Below are positions 22,808 to 32,567 of a stretch of DNA of 64,000 nucleotides, piece by piece. The stretch is taken from NCBI RefSeq assembly GCF_001622165.1, contig NZ_LVWG01000035.1:20566-84565 (forward strand), read 5' to 3'. The position numbers and the translations under genes are program-made. Each line of letters starts with the position of its first letter. Within the stretch, counting starts at the first letter, position 1. The stretch comes from Pelodictyon luteolum. GTDB lineage: Bacteria > Bacteroidota > Chlorobiia > Chlorobiales > Chlorobiaceae. Below the pieces are notes generated by a model, which worked only from the letters and a program-made list of their open reading frames with translations, had not been told where the DNA came from and ran no database searches.

Positions 22808-23152
22808 TCAACGGCAGTCGCATGATTCCGCACCCTCTATCTTAAAAAAAACCGCAAAGAGCTCCTTCGCCTCTGCCCACTTTTCACGGTTGATGCAATA
22901 ACGGACCTTTGGTGGATTGATCTCTCCCTGAATGAGGCCGGCCTCGAGAAGCGCCTTCAGATGCTGCGAAATCGTGGACTGCGCCATCGGAATCAACGTA
23001 GTCAGCTCTCCGGTGAAACAACAGGCCTCCTGCTGCAGCAACTGGAGGATGCGGATACGCACCGGGTGGCTGAGCGCTTTGGCCAGTACCGCCAGCGTTT
23101 CTTCCCCACGGCTGTAGTCGACCGGGGTCAACGATCTTTTCATTCTCTCCAT
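22808..23152 (-). CDS. arsR: ArsR/SmtB-family repressor
   Basis: KALSHPVRIRIL, ACCF, STISQHLKAL..AGLI, C-terminal SCDCR. Confidence 0.9.
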   Translation of the reverse strand: MERMKRSLTPVDYSRGEETLAVLAKALSHPVRIRILQLLQQEACCFTGELTTLIPMAQSTISQHLKALLEAGLIQGEINPPKVRYCINREKWAEAKELFAVFFKIEGAESCDCR

Positions 23153-23168
23153 ATCAATCAATTAGTTC

Positions 23169-23184
23169 ATCGTAAATATACGAT
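23169..23184. promoter_or_regulatory. Putative ArsR operator upstream of arsR
   Basis: ATCGTA-AATA-TACGAT palindrome. Confidence 0.65.
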
Positions 23185-23415
23185 AAGTAAATCAAGAAAA
23201 CAAGAAGTACCTCTACAAATTTCGTCAAGGAAGTGGACCGGCCATACCATATATTATACTGATCATGAAATCGGCAGGAACGCTGTCTTCAACACTGAAA
23301 CCCAAGCAGAACCTAAACAATTAATGGCTATTGGGTTTTTTCCTTAATTATTTATCTTAATAGCAGGACGTACTCCCCAATTCCGGACATGGAGCTCCGG
23401 CTTTTCTGGGTTTAT

Positions 23416-23439
23416 CGGTATGCAAACGATTACATAACG
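23416..23439. promoter_or_regulatory. ModE-type operator upstream of modD-modABC
   Basis: CGGTATGC-AAACGAT-TACATAACG; fits the TATAT-N7-TAYAT ModE consensus geometry; 26 bp before the modD ATG. Confidence 0.78.
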
Positions 23440-23465
23440 CTTTTTGACGGAAAACAAATAGTCGC

Positions 23466-24317
23466 ATGATACTCTACCAACTCCCTGATACTGATATCGA
23501 ACGATTCATCGAAGAGGACGTCCCCTATGGAGACCTCACTACTGCAGTGCTCGAAATAGGTGAACAGCCCGGAAGAATCACCTTTACGACAAGGCATGAA
23601 ACAACCCTCTCCTGCACTGAAGAGGCCGGGCGGATACTTGAGCGCTGCGGCGCACGGGTAACCCTCCTTACCCCGAGCGGCACCGGTGTCCCATCCGGCA
23701 CCATGTTCCTTTCGGCGGAAGGATCGGCCTCAAGCCTGCATGCTGCATGGAAAGTGGCCCTGAACATACTCGAGTATGCCTCGGGCATATCCACGAGAAC
23801 CGCCGGCATCGTTACAAGCGCCCGGAGCGCCAACCCGGCCATCAGCATCGCAACCACCAGAAAGTCGTTCCCCGGGACGAAAAAAGCCGCCATCAAGGCC
23901 ATCCTTGCAGGAGGCGCAACCCCGCACCGGCTCGGGCTGTCGGAATCCATCCTGGTATTCCGCCAGCACACGGAGTTCATGGGCGGCCTCGACCGCTTAT
24001 TGGAGCGTCTCCCTGAAATAAAGAAACAGGCTCCGGAACACAAGATTCTGGTGGAGGCCGACGGACCCGAAGAGGCGCTCAGGATTGCCGCTGCCGGAGC
24101 CGATGTCGTGCAGGTCGACAAACTCTCACCGGAACGCCTTGTGGATCTGGTCCATGCCATCAGAAATATTGCTCCCGACATCAAGATCTCGGCCGCAGGC
24201 GGCATCACCCCTGAAAACGCAGGCATCTATGCTGCAACCGGCATCGACATCATCGTGCTCTCATCGGTCTATTTCGGAAAACCCGCAGACATTGCTGCCG
24301 CCATGCAGTGCATATAA
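23466..24317 (+). CDS. modD: ModD protein (NadC/QAPRTase-like)
   Basis: EDVPYGDLTT, TTRKSFPG, HRLGLSESILVFRQH, AAGGI; first gene of the mod operon. Confidence 0.88.
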   Translation: MILYQLPDTDIERFIEEDVPYGDLTTAVLEIGEQPGRITFTTRHETTLSCTEEAGRILERCGARVTLLTPSGTGVPSGTMFLSAEGSASSLHAAWKVALNILEYASGISTRTAGIVTSARSANPAISIATTRKSFPGTKKAAIKAILAGGATPHRLGLSESILVFRQHTEFMGGLDRLLERLPEIKKQAPEHKILVEADGPEEALRIAAAGADVVQVDKLSPERLVDLVHAIRNIAPDIKISAAGGITPENAGIYAATGIDIIVLSSVYFGKPADIAAAMQCI

Positions 24318-24344
24318 GCCAAGAAACAGCAAATAACGAACCCC

Positions 24345-25118
24345 ATGCAGTCCCAATCAACCCGCCCACTTGCAGGCACTCTTCTGCAGATTGCATTCAT
24401 CTGCCTTATGCTCTTCACAGGCCCCCTGCATGCGATGGCAGGCGAGCTGCGACTCAGTGCAGGGGCCGGCATGCGCGATGCCCTCAAGGAACTGACGTCA
24501 CGTTATTCAAAACAGCATCCCGGAACAATCATCATCAGCAACTTCGCCTCCTCAGGAACGCTGGCAGGCCAGATCATGAACGGAGCTCCGGTGGATATCT
24601 TCATTTCAGCCAACAGGAAATGGATGGATTTCCTCAAAACAGAGAATGCCGTTGACCCGGCAAGCATACAGCTCTTTACCAGAAACACTCTGGTCTTTAC
24701 CGGGACGGGCGCAACGAAGGTCCTGATGATGCAGGACCTCGTGAAGCTCAATAAAATCGCCATCGGGAGCCCGGGCAGTGTGCCGGCCGGCGACTATGCG
24801 ATGTCGGCCATAACCGGCGCAGGGCTCCGGAGCAGACTGGAGGGAAAGCTGGTCATGGCCAGGGATGTACGGGAGTGCCTGATGTATGCAGAGCTCGGTG
24901 AAGTGGACGGCGGATTTGTCTACGCAACCGACGCTATCCTTGCCAAGAAGGCAACCACCCGCTTCGAAGTACCGCAAAAGCTTTACCCCCCGATCGAGTT
25001 CCCTATGGCTTTGACCCACAGCGGGGCAAAAAACAATGAAGCCCGAGCGTTCCTCCTGTACCTCCGCAGCCCCGAAGCCCGAACGGTCCTGAAGAAATAC
25101 GGATACAAGGTCAACTGA
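24345..25118 (+). CDS. modA: Molybdate ABC transporter substrate-binding protein
   Basis: Signal peptide, SAGAG, FASSGTLA, GAPVDIFISA, SVPAGDYA, GFVYATDA. Confidence 0.93.
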   Translation: MQSQSTRPLAGTLLQIAFICLMLFTGPLHAMAGELRLSAGAGMRDALKELTSRYSKQHPGTIIISNFASSGTLAGQIMNGAPVDIFISANRKWMDFLKTENAVDPASIQLFTRNTLVFTGTGATKVLMMQDLVKLNKIAIGSPGSVPAGDYAMSAITGAGLRSRLEGKLVMARDVRECLMYAELGEVDGGFVYATDAILAKKATTRFEVPQKLYPPIEFPMALTHSGAKNNEARAFLLYLRSPEARTVLKKYGYKVN

Positions 25119-25128
25119 AAGGGGACTC

Positions 25129-25818
25129 ATGATGCAGCTCACCACCCAGGATATCGAAGCCATACGGCTCTCACTGCAGATTGCCCTGACAGCGACCATC
25201 GTTTCCCTTCCTCCCGGCTTTATGGTGGCGTGGTTGCTCTCATTCAGAAACTTCAGGGGGAAAGTGCTGCTTGAAGTCTTCATCAACCTGCCGCTCACCC
25301 TGCCGCCGGTCGTCATTGGCTACTTCCTCCTGTTGATGCTCGGCCGCAACGGATGGCCGGGCAGACTGCTTGATGCTGCCGGAATCCAGCTTGTCTTCAC
25401 CTGGCAGGCTGCCGTCATTGCCGCCGCGACCATCGGATTTCCCTTGATGGTGCGATCCATCCGGCTCGGCATGGAATCCATCAACCCCCAGATCATCGAC
25501 GCGGCAAAAAGCCTTGGCTCGTCGAAGCCCGATATTCTCTTCACCATCGTTCTTCCCCTCTCGCTGCGGGGAATCCTTGCGGGCTCTTCACTCATGTTCG
25601 CCCGAAGCCTCGGCGAGTTCGGCGCCACCATCATGGTGGCAGGCAACATCCCCTTCGTTACCCAGACCATTCCACTCGCCATCTATGAATATGCCAGCTC
25701 GCCGGGAGGTACAGGGATGGCAATGACGCTCTGCATCGTCTCGGTCACCATCTCCGTCATCGTACTCTTCCTGCACGAATCGCTTACCCGAAGGATACAG
25801 AGGGAGGCAGAGGGATGA
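25129..25818 (+). CDS. modB: Molybdate ABC transporter permease
   Basis: LPLTLPPVVIGY, FARSLGEFGAT, QTIPLAIY. Confidence 0.95.
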   Translation: MMQLTTQDIEAIRLSLQIALTATIVSLPPGFMVAWLLSFRNFRGKVLLEVFINLPLTLPPVVIGYFLLLMLGRNGWPGRLLDAAGIQLVFTWQAAVIAAATIGFPLMVRSIRLGMESINPQIIDAAKSLGSSKPDILFTIVLPLSLRGILAGSSLMFARSLGEFGATIMVAGNIPFVTQTIPLAIYEYASSPGGTGMAMTLCIVSVTISVIVLFLHESLTRRIQREAEG

Positions 25819-26870
25819 GGCTCCGATTTGATGTCAAAAAATCGCAGGGAAGTTTCACGCTCGATGCTTCAGCCGACATTACCGGGGAACGGATCGGCAT
25901 CTTCGGCCGTTCCAGCAGCGGGAAATCCACCCTCATTCACCTTCTTTCCGGTCTGCTCGAGCCGGACAGGGGCGAAATCTTCCTTGATGATGACTGCCTT
26001 TTCAGCAGCAGGGACCACATCAACATATCTCCCCACCGCCGCCGCATCGGCCTGGTCTTCCAGCAGGCAATGCTCTTCCCCCACCTCAGCGTAAAAAGCA
26101 ACCTCTACTACGGATGGCGCCGCTGCCCTAAAGAGCTCCGCAGGGTCGATCCGGAAGAACTCACCTGCACCCTGAAACTTGAAGGACTGCTGGAGCGGGG
26201 TGTAGGGAACCTTTCAGGGGGAGAGCGTCAGAGGGTTGCGCTTGGCAGAGCAGTGCTCGCCAGCCCCCGCCTGCTCGTCATGGACGAACCCCTCTCGGCA
26301 CTCGACGACACACTCCGTTTTCAGGTCATCCCTTACCTCCGGAGCGTCAGCGAGCAGTTCCGGATACCCTGCATCTTCATTTCGCATTCGGTCCTTGAAA
26401 TGCAGCTCATGGCAGAGCGCATACTGCTGGTGGAAAACGGATCCGTAACCGGCCCGGCAACCCCAGACGAACTCGCCCGCAAAGCCATGGCAACCAGCCG
26501 ACGGGGCTATGTAAACCTCCTGCAGCTCTCAGGCCCAGCATGCAGTTCCGGCCTGTACCGCTACCCGTGGGGCGATGGGCAGCTGGTCATTTCAGACGGA
26601 AGCAACACCAACTCGTCGCTCTTCGAGCTCTCCTCACGGGACATCATCCTCTTCAGGAAACACCCGGAAGCCATCAGCGCCCGAAACATGCTCGAATGCC
26701 GTGTCGAGGAGCTCTTCAGCTCCGAAAACAGAGTCGGCGTTGTCCTGCGTTCAGCAAACCGAACCCTTGTTGCCGAAATAGTCCGGTCAGCTGCCGAAGA
26801 GCTGGATATCACCATTGGAACAACAGTCTTTGCGGCAATCAAGGCATCGGCGTTCCGCCGCCTCCTCTGA
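25815..26870 (+). CDS. modC: Molybdate ABC transporter ATPase with C-terminal TOBE/Mop domain
   Basis: GRSSSGKS, LFPHLSV, LSGGERQRVA, ISARN, IKASA. Confidence 0.95.
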   Translation: MRLRFDVKKSQGSFTLDASADITGERIGIFGRSSSGKSTLIHLLSGLLEPDRGEIFLDDDCLFSSRDHINISPHRRRIGLVFQQAMLFPHLSVKSNLYYGWRRCPKELRRVDPEELTCTLKLEGLLERGVGNLSGGERQRVALGRAVLASPRLLVMDEPLSALDDTLRFQVIPYLRSVSEQFRIPCIFISHSVLEMQLMAERILLVENGSVTGPATPDELARKAMATSRRGYVNLLQLSGPACSSGLYRYPWGDGQLVISDGSNTNSSLFELSSRDIILFRKHPEAISARNMLECRVEELFSSENRVGVVLRSANRTLVAEIVRSAAEELDITIGTTVFAAIKASAFRRLL

Positions 26871-26901
26871 AGCACCTCAACGTTTTATTTCCCTCCGGAG
26901 T

Positions 26902-26936
26902 TGGCTACCTTTATGGCTACCTTTATGGTAACCTTA
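26902..26936 (+). repeat. 12-bp tandem direct repeat, about 3 copies
   Basis: TGGCTACCTTTA TGGCTACCTTTA TGGTAACCTTA. Confidence 0.8.
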
Positions 26937-26955
26937 TAGACAGACAGCAAACCTG

Positions 26956-27702
26956 ATGCATGCCATGACCCAACCCGGAAAAAAAGTCTGCTTCATGACC
27001 GGAGCCACCGGCCGGCTCGGCAGTGAAATCGCACTCTCCGTAGCAGGCCAGGGCTACACCCTTTTCTTCACCTGGCACGCCAGCGAGCCCAAAGCAGAGG
27101 AACTCCTCGAGAAAATCCGCTGGGTCAGCCCCGAGTCGGAGATGGTGCACTGCAGCACCTCAAGCGCCAAAGAGATCCAGGCTGCCTTTGCCGCTTTCCG
27201 TAAGCGATTCGACCGGCTCGACCTTCTCATCGCCAGCGCCTCCAATTTCTACGCCACACCTCTCCCCGGCGTCTCCGAAGAGGAGTGGGACAGTCTCGTC
27301 GACACCAACCTCAAGGGTACATTCTTCACCATGCAGGAGGCGTCCAGAATCATGCAGAAACAGCCATTCACCAGCCGCATCATCACCATGGCCGACATCT
27401 CCGCCGACCTGGTATGGAAAAGCTTCGCTCCCTACACCGTGGCAAAGGCGGGCGTGGTACACCTGACGAAAGTGTTCGCCAAAACCTTTGCACCAAACAT
27501 CCTCGTCAACGCCATTGCGCCGGGCACCGTCACCCTCAACCCCGGCAAGGACATGGATTCTGAAGAAGAGATGGTGGCACGCATACCGCTCCGCCGCCTC
27601 GGCGACCCGCTTGACATCGTAAAAGCCGTCCTTTTCCTCCTCGAAAGCGACTACATCACCGGGCAGGTCATCACCGTGGACGGAGGCCGGATGCTCTGCT
27701 GA
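26956..27702 (+). CDS. SDR oxidoreductase, pteridine reductase (FolM/PTR1)-like
   Basis: [37 protein letters not shown]. Confidence 0.8.
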   Translation: MHAMTQPGKKVCFMTGATGRLGSEIALSVAGQGYTLFFTWHASEPKAEELLEKIRWVSPESEMVHCSTSSAKEIQAAFAAFRKRFDRLDLLIASASNFYATPLPGVSEEEWDSLVDTNLKGTFFTMQEASRIMQKQPFTSRIITMADISADLVWKSFAPYTVAKAGVVHLTKVFAKTFAPNILVNAIAPGTVTLNPGKDMDSEEEMVARIPLRRLGDPLDIVKAVLFLLESDYITGQVITVDGGRMLC

Positions 27703-27776
27703 CATTTTTTCCAACCCCCTTCGGGAGATTTCATATATTGCACTGAATCGGTCCCTACAACTTTTTTTCTTCACCT

Positions 27777-28052
27777 ATGCAACAGGAAGTCCCGGTCATC
27801 ATCCACGCCAAAGGCGACACCGACGCACAAAGGAACCCGGCTGGCGACGGCCGAATCCCGGAGTCCATCCGCGAAATCAGCGACTCGCTGTCCGATGCAT
27901 TCTCCCGGTTCAGGGAGAGCGAATCCTACGACAGGATCCTTGAAGGCGCTGAACAGACCAAAGACTACATCCGGCAGAACCCCGGACCCTCGCTACTCTA
28001 CGCACTCGGAGCCGGCGTGCTCCTCGGGCTCATACTCGGCAAACGCAGGTAG
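27777..28052 (+). CDS. DUF883/ElaB/YqjD-like tail-anchored membrane protein
   Basis: C-terminal YIRQNP..SLLYALGAGVLLGLILGKRR. Confidence 0.8.
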   Translation: MQQEVPVIIHAKGDTDAQRNPAGDGRIPESIREISDSLSDAFSRFRESESYDRILEGAEQTKDYIRQNPGPSLLYALGAGVLLGLILGKRR

Positions 28053-28053
28053 T

Positions 28054-28431
28054 ATGCAGAAGAGCGATAAACAGCTACAGCAGGAAGACCGGAAAACCGG
28101 TGTTTCAAGACTCCTCGACGAAACAATCTCGTCGACCTTCGACGATGTCAAGACCATCATCGACGCACGCATGGAGCTTATGAAAATTGAGCTTTCCGAG
28201 AAGATTGCGCTGCTGGCGGCCGTACTCGTCATCTCGCTGATACTCCTCGGTGGTACCGCCTACCTCGTGACCACCGTGGCGCTCTTCATCGGGGAACTCT
28301 CCGGCCGCACCTCGCTGGGATTCCTCTCGGTCAGCCTCGTATTCATAGGCTGCTTCATTTATTTCACCCGTTTCAGGCCAAGTGTCCTGAAAGAGTGGAT
28401 CCAGAAATTCATCATCTCACTCTATGACTGA
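28054..28431 (+). CDS. YqjE-like (phage_holin_3_6 family) membrane protein
   Basis: ARMELMKIEL followed by two TM helices; follows the DUF883 gene. Confidence 0.75.
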   Translation: MQKSDKQLQQEDRKTGVSRLLDETISSTFDDVKTIIDARMELMKIELSEKIALLAAVLVISLILLGGTAYLVTTVALFIGELSGRTSLGFLSVSLVFIGCFIYFTRFRPSVLKEWIQKFIISLYD

Positions 28432-28849
28432 ACAGAACAAGCACCTGGAAAACGTCCAGGAACGCATCGCAGCACTCCATGAAACGATAGCCGAACGCGA
28501 ACAGGACATCAGGGATCGGGCCAGGAAGTTCCAGCACGAGCTGGAACAGGAGATATCCCCTGTTGAAATAGTCAAACGCCACCCGTGGCAGGCTGTTCTT
28601 GGAGCACTCGCAACAGGCTTCCTCACCGGCAGGATACTCAGAAGCCTCTCATCCGGACCAACCGATGAAGCAGCCGCCGAACCAGCTGTCCCGGCAAGGC
28701 TTGTCTCCGTAACACGCCCCGACAGTGCCATGCGCGATATCCGCCTCGAACTGATCCGTTCGGCAAAAGACCTCGGCATCAACTACCTCCAACGATACAT
28801 CGAAGGCAAACTCAAGAAAACGCCCACTCCCCCCTCCAGCTCACACTGA
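28424..28849 (+). CDS. Hypothetical YqjK/DUF3618-like protein
   Basis: N-terminal coiled coil, VKRHPWQAVLGALATGFLTG; overlaps the previous gene. Confidence 0.65.
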   Translation: MTEQNKHLENVQERIAALHETIAEREQDIRDRARKFQHELEQEISPVEIVKRHPWQAVLGALATGFLTGRILRSLSSGPTDEAAAEPAVPARLVSVTRPDSAMRDIRLELIRSAKDLGINYLQRYIEGKLKKTPTPPSSSH

Positions 28850-29001
28850 CCCCCTCTTCCGGCGGCGGTAATTCAAAAGGGCATCAGCGACTTGTCAGGG
28901 AAATTCCGTACCTTCCCTTATCCCTTTTAAGCCCATTGTGCACCCCTCTGGATGCACGAAAACCACAACCGCCGCAATGCGCCGTCATTGCACTAGAGAT
29001 T

Positions 29002-32000
29002 ATGACCATCAAGAACACCCTGCCCGAGGCCCTGAACAAAGAACATTTCTACGTCAACAGAAAAGCCCGGCAGCTCTTCCACCTGACCGACCCCGACTTT
29101 CTTGCCCTGCCCTCAGTTGGACCCGACAGCCTCAGAACTGCTGAAAAGCAGGCGAGTATCATCAACGAGTACCTGAAAAAAGAGAAGGGTGAAGCCGTTA
29201 AACCCGTCCTTCCCGCCCAGTTCCACGGCATGAAGCTGCTGCACGAGCTCTTCCACTTCGTCATGGCCCGTGCCATCGCCCGCCGTGAACCCGACATGCT
29301 CGAAAAAGCCTACAGGCGCTTTTCCGACGAGATTTCTCTGGAGCAGTCCGACCAGTACCTCGCCCGGTTCCTATCCACATTCCCGACCATAAAGATCTTC
29401 ACCGGCAGCGAAACTCCCGCCGAGGCCCTGCAGCAGAACTCCCTGCGGCTTAACCTGCTTGAGGAGTCCTTCCTCGTCTGGCTGAACAACCAGAACCCCG
29501 CACTCGAGCCGTTCTCCCTGCTCCTCAGCGACAGTGAACTGATGCGCCAGGAAGCCTACCGGAAGCTGATTCTCTCGCTCCAGTCCTCCATGCAGGCGAT
29601 GGGCCCTGTCGGACCCGACAACGAAGACCTCGCCGAACTGCTTACCCGCCCAATGCGCCACTCGCCGGACTCGATCCTCGAGCAGCTCCGCTACATCCGG
29701 CTCAACTGGTCGGAACTTCTGGAAGGATCTCCATTCTGGAGCATGCTTGCCGGAGCCATCGAACTCATCGAAGATGAAGACAAGTACCTCTTTTTCCAGC
29801 GTATCTCCGAGGAACAGGAAGGGCGGCATAGCAGCGCATTTTTCGACAAGGACGCATGCGTACCCGACTACACCACGCTTGGCGACGGGCCTGCCAACTA
29901 CTCCAGCGACTCCTCATGGATGCCGGAGGTGGTCATGCTCGCCAAAAGCACCTATGTATGGCTAGACCAGCTCGGCAAGACCTACGGCCGCGCCGTACAC
30001 CGCCTGCAGGACATCCCCGACGAAGAGCTCGACCGCATCTCGGGGCAGGGCTTCACGGCGCTCTGGCTGATCGGCCTCTGGCAGCGAAGCCACGCATCGC
30101 GTGAAATCAAGCAGATGCAGGGCAACCCTGAGGCGAAAGCCTCGGCCTACGCACTCGAGAAGTACGACATATCCGACGACATCGGCGGCTATGAAGGCTA
30201 CCTCAACCTCCGCCACCGTGCCATGCAGCGCGGCATCCGCCTTGCCAGCGACATGGTGCCGAACCATACCGGCATGGACTCGGAACTGGTGCGCGAGCGC
30301 CCTGACTGGTTCCTCTCCGCATCCACGCCCCCCTACTATAACTACTCCTACACGGGACCGAACCTCAGCCCCGATACCCGTTACACCATCCAGCTTGAAG
30401 ACGGCTACTGGAACAGGACCGACGCAGCAGTCACCTTCAAGCGGATCGATCACATGAACGGCGATACCCGCTACATCTACCACGGCAACGATGGCACCAA
30501 CATGCCGTGGAACGACACCGCCCAGCTGAACTTCCTTTCCGCGGAGGTCCGCGAAGCGGTCATCCAGCAGATCCTCCATGTAGCAAGGATGTTCCCGATC
30601 ATCCGCTTCGACGCCGCCATGGTGCTCGCCAAGCGCCACATCCAGCGCCTCTGGTTCCCGCTGCACGGCCACAGCGCAGCCGTCCCTTCCCGCTCCGCCT
30701 ACGCCATGAGCATGGCCGAGTTCGATGCCGCCATCCCCGAAGAGTTCTGGCGCGAAGTGGTCGACCGCATCCATGCAGAAGTTCCCGACACGCTGCTCCT
30801 TGCCGAAGCGTTCTGGATGCTTGAGGGCTATTTCGTCCGCACCCTCGGCATGCACCGCGTCTATAACAGCGCGTTCATGCACATGCTGAAGAAAGAGGAT
30901 AACGCCAGCTACCGCTACCTCATCAAAAACACACTGGAGTTCGACCCCGAGATCCTGAAGCGTTATGTCAACTTCATGAACAACCCCGACGAAGACACTG
31001 CCATCGCGCAGTTCGGAAGGGGCGACAAGTACATCGGCGTCTGCATCGTCATGCTCACCGTTCCCGGCCTGCCGATGTTCGGCCACGGCCAGGTGGAAGG
31101 GTTCACGGAGAAGTACGGAATGGAGTATGCAAAAGCATATTATGACGAGCACCCTGACGAGCATCTCGTCTGGCGCCACTATCAGGAAATCTTCCCGATC
31201 ATGAAGAAGCGTCCGCTCTTCGCCGAGGTGCAGAACTTCTACCTGTACGACGTCTACGCACCCGAAGGGTCGGTCAACGAAAACATCTTCGCCTACTCGA
31301 ACATGCTTGGCGACGAGCGGGCACTTGTCATCTACAACAACAGTTTCGAGCGGGCTACCGGCTGGCTCAAGACCTCGGTAGGCTACCTCCGTGATGGAGG
31401 AATCCGCCAGAGCTCACTTGGCGACGGCCTGGCCCTCGGCCATGAAGACGACCTCTACGTCATCTTCCGCGACCACGCCTGCGGCCTCGAGTTCATCCGT
31501 TCCGCTCGCGAAATCCGTGAAAACGGCCTCTTCATGGCGCTCGACGGCTATAAGTACAACGTCTTCCTCGACTTCCGCCAGGTCCGCCCATCGCGCCTGA
31601 AACCTTACGACCAGCTGGCACGGGAACTTGACGGCCGCGGCACGCACTCGGTTGAGAGGGACGTCTTGGCAATCAGCCTCTCGCCCCTCCACCGCATGGT
31701 GCAGGCGGCTCTTGAATCAGCTCCGAAGCCCACACTGCTGGAAGCGGATGCTGCAGCATTCCAGTCTGTTGCCTCCACGCTCCTTACCGACCTCTCCCGG
31801 CAGTTCAGCTCTCTTATGGAAAAGCCGCTCAGCGTCCCCCAAGGGCTGGATGTGAAGGCCGCCCTGCTCTTCATGCAGGCCGCTGAAATCGAAGCCGGGC
31901 TAGGCAATGAGCCCGCCACCCGGAAACTCCGCACGACCCTTGCCATGAACGAAGACGACATCCCTGTCTACGGAACCCTTGTCGCCCACTGGATCCTGCT

Positions 32001-32499
32001 CGACGCTGTTCAGGAGATGCTTAGGGCCGGCGGCGAACTCCAGCAGAACCTCATCGACGACTGGCTGCTTCAGGACACCCTCCGCAGCATTTACGCTGAA
32101 GGATCCCTCTGCTCGGTATCCGGGGAAGGTATCGCCGAACTCATGGCATGTCTTGCGGCACCGGTCGGCGAAACAACTACCACTGATCCGGCTTCCGGCG
32201 TCATCCAGGCCATGCAGGCGATGCAGGAGAGCGGATCGCGCCATCTCGCCGATATGCTGCAGCTCGAGGAGCATCACAAGAAGTACTGGTTCCGCGAACA
32301 CCGCTTCAGCATGCTCACCGCATGGCTCACCCTCCGCTTCATGCTTACGGTAGAAGATCCAATGCTGCAAACTGGTGCATCTACCGCCGACATCACGACC
32401 TTCGACAACGTCGATCGTTGGAATGCCGCCCTCGAATCACTCGACATGCGGGCGTTCCTCGCCGGCTATGAACTGGGTGCGTTCTTCAAGATGGAGTAA
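29002..32499 (+). CDS. Large alpha-amylase family (GH13) glycosyl hydrolase
   Basis: DMVPNH, RFDAAM, LLAEAFW, NNPDED catalytic regions; start placed at ATG 29002. Confidence 0.9.
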   Translation: MTIKNTLPEALNKEHFYVNRKARQLFHLTDPDFLALPSVGPDSLRTAEKQASIINEYLKKEKGEAVKPVLPAQFHGMKLLHELFHFVMARAIARREPDMLEKAYRRFSDEISLEQSDQYLARFLSTFPTIKIFTGSETPAEALQQNSLRLNLLEESFLVWLNNQNPALEPFSLLLSDSELMRQEAYRKLILSLQSSMQAMGPVGPDNEDLAELLTRPMRHSPDSILEQLRYIRLNWSELLEGSPFWSMLAGAIELIEDEDKYLFFQRISEEQEGRHSSAFFDKDACVPDYTTLGDGPANYSSDSSWMPEVVMLAKSTYVWLDQLGKTYGRAVHRLQDIPDEELDRISGQGFTALWLIGLWQRSHASREIKQMQGNPEAKASAYALEKYDISDDIGGYEGYLNLRHRAMQRGIRLASDMVPNHTGMDSELVRERPDWFLSASTPPYYNYSYTGPNLSPDTRYTIQLEDGYWNRTDAAVTFKRIDHMNGDTRYIYHGNDGTNMPWNDTAQLNFLSAEVREAVIQQILHVARMFPIIRFDAAMVLAKRHIQRLWFPLHGHSAAVPSRSAYAMSMAEFDAAIPEEFWREVVDRIHAEVPDTLLLAEAFWMLEGYFVRTLGMHRVYNSAFMHMLKKEDNASYRYLIKNTLEFDPEILKRYVNFMNNPDEDTAIAQFGRGDKYIGVCIVMLTVPGLPMFGHGQVEGFTEKYGMEYAKAYYDEHPDEHLVWRHYQEIFPIMKKRPLFAEVQNFYLYDVYAPEGSVNENIFAYSNMLGDERALVIYNNSFERATGWLKTSVGYLRDGGIRQSSLGDGLALGHEDDLYVIFRDHACGLEFIRSAREIRENGLFMALDGYKYNVFLDFRQVRPSRLKPYDQLARELDGRGTHSVERDVLAISLSPLHRMVQAALESAPKPTLLEADAAAFQSVASTLLTDLSRQFSSLMEKPLSVPQGLDVKAALLFMQAAEIEAGLGNEPATRKLRTTLAMNEDDIPVYGTLVAHWILLDAVQEMLRAGGELQQNLIDDWLLQDTLRSIYAEGSLCSVSGEGIAELMACLAAPVGETTTTDPASGVIQAMQAMQESGSRHLADMLQLEEHHKKYWFREHRFSMLTAWLTLRFMLTVEDPMLQTGASTADITTFDNVDRWNAALESLDMRAFLAGYELGAFFKME

Positions 32500-32567
32500 A
32501 GAGATCGCCCCGAAACCGCAGTACCCAGCCAGCCATCGGGCAGCAAACAAAAGATTACCGAACTGAT

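Noticed and set aside
23414-23430. ATCG-N9-CGAT overlapping the ModE box as a third ArsR site
   Set aside because: Spacer is 9 rather than 8 and the core differs; better explained as part of the ModE box
28054-28431. Holin-family protein as evidence of a prophage
   Set aside because: Context is the cellular yqjDEK-like triplet; no endolysin, structural or integrase genes nearby
29962-31179. 405-aa minus-strand ORF
   Set aside because: Antisense to the GH13 catalytic domain
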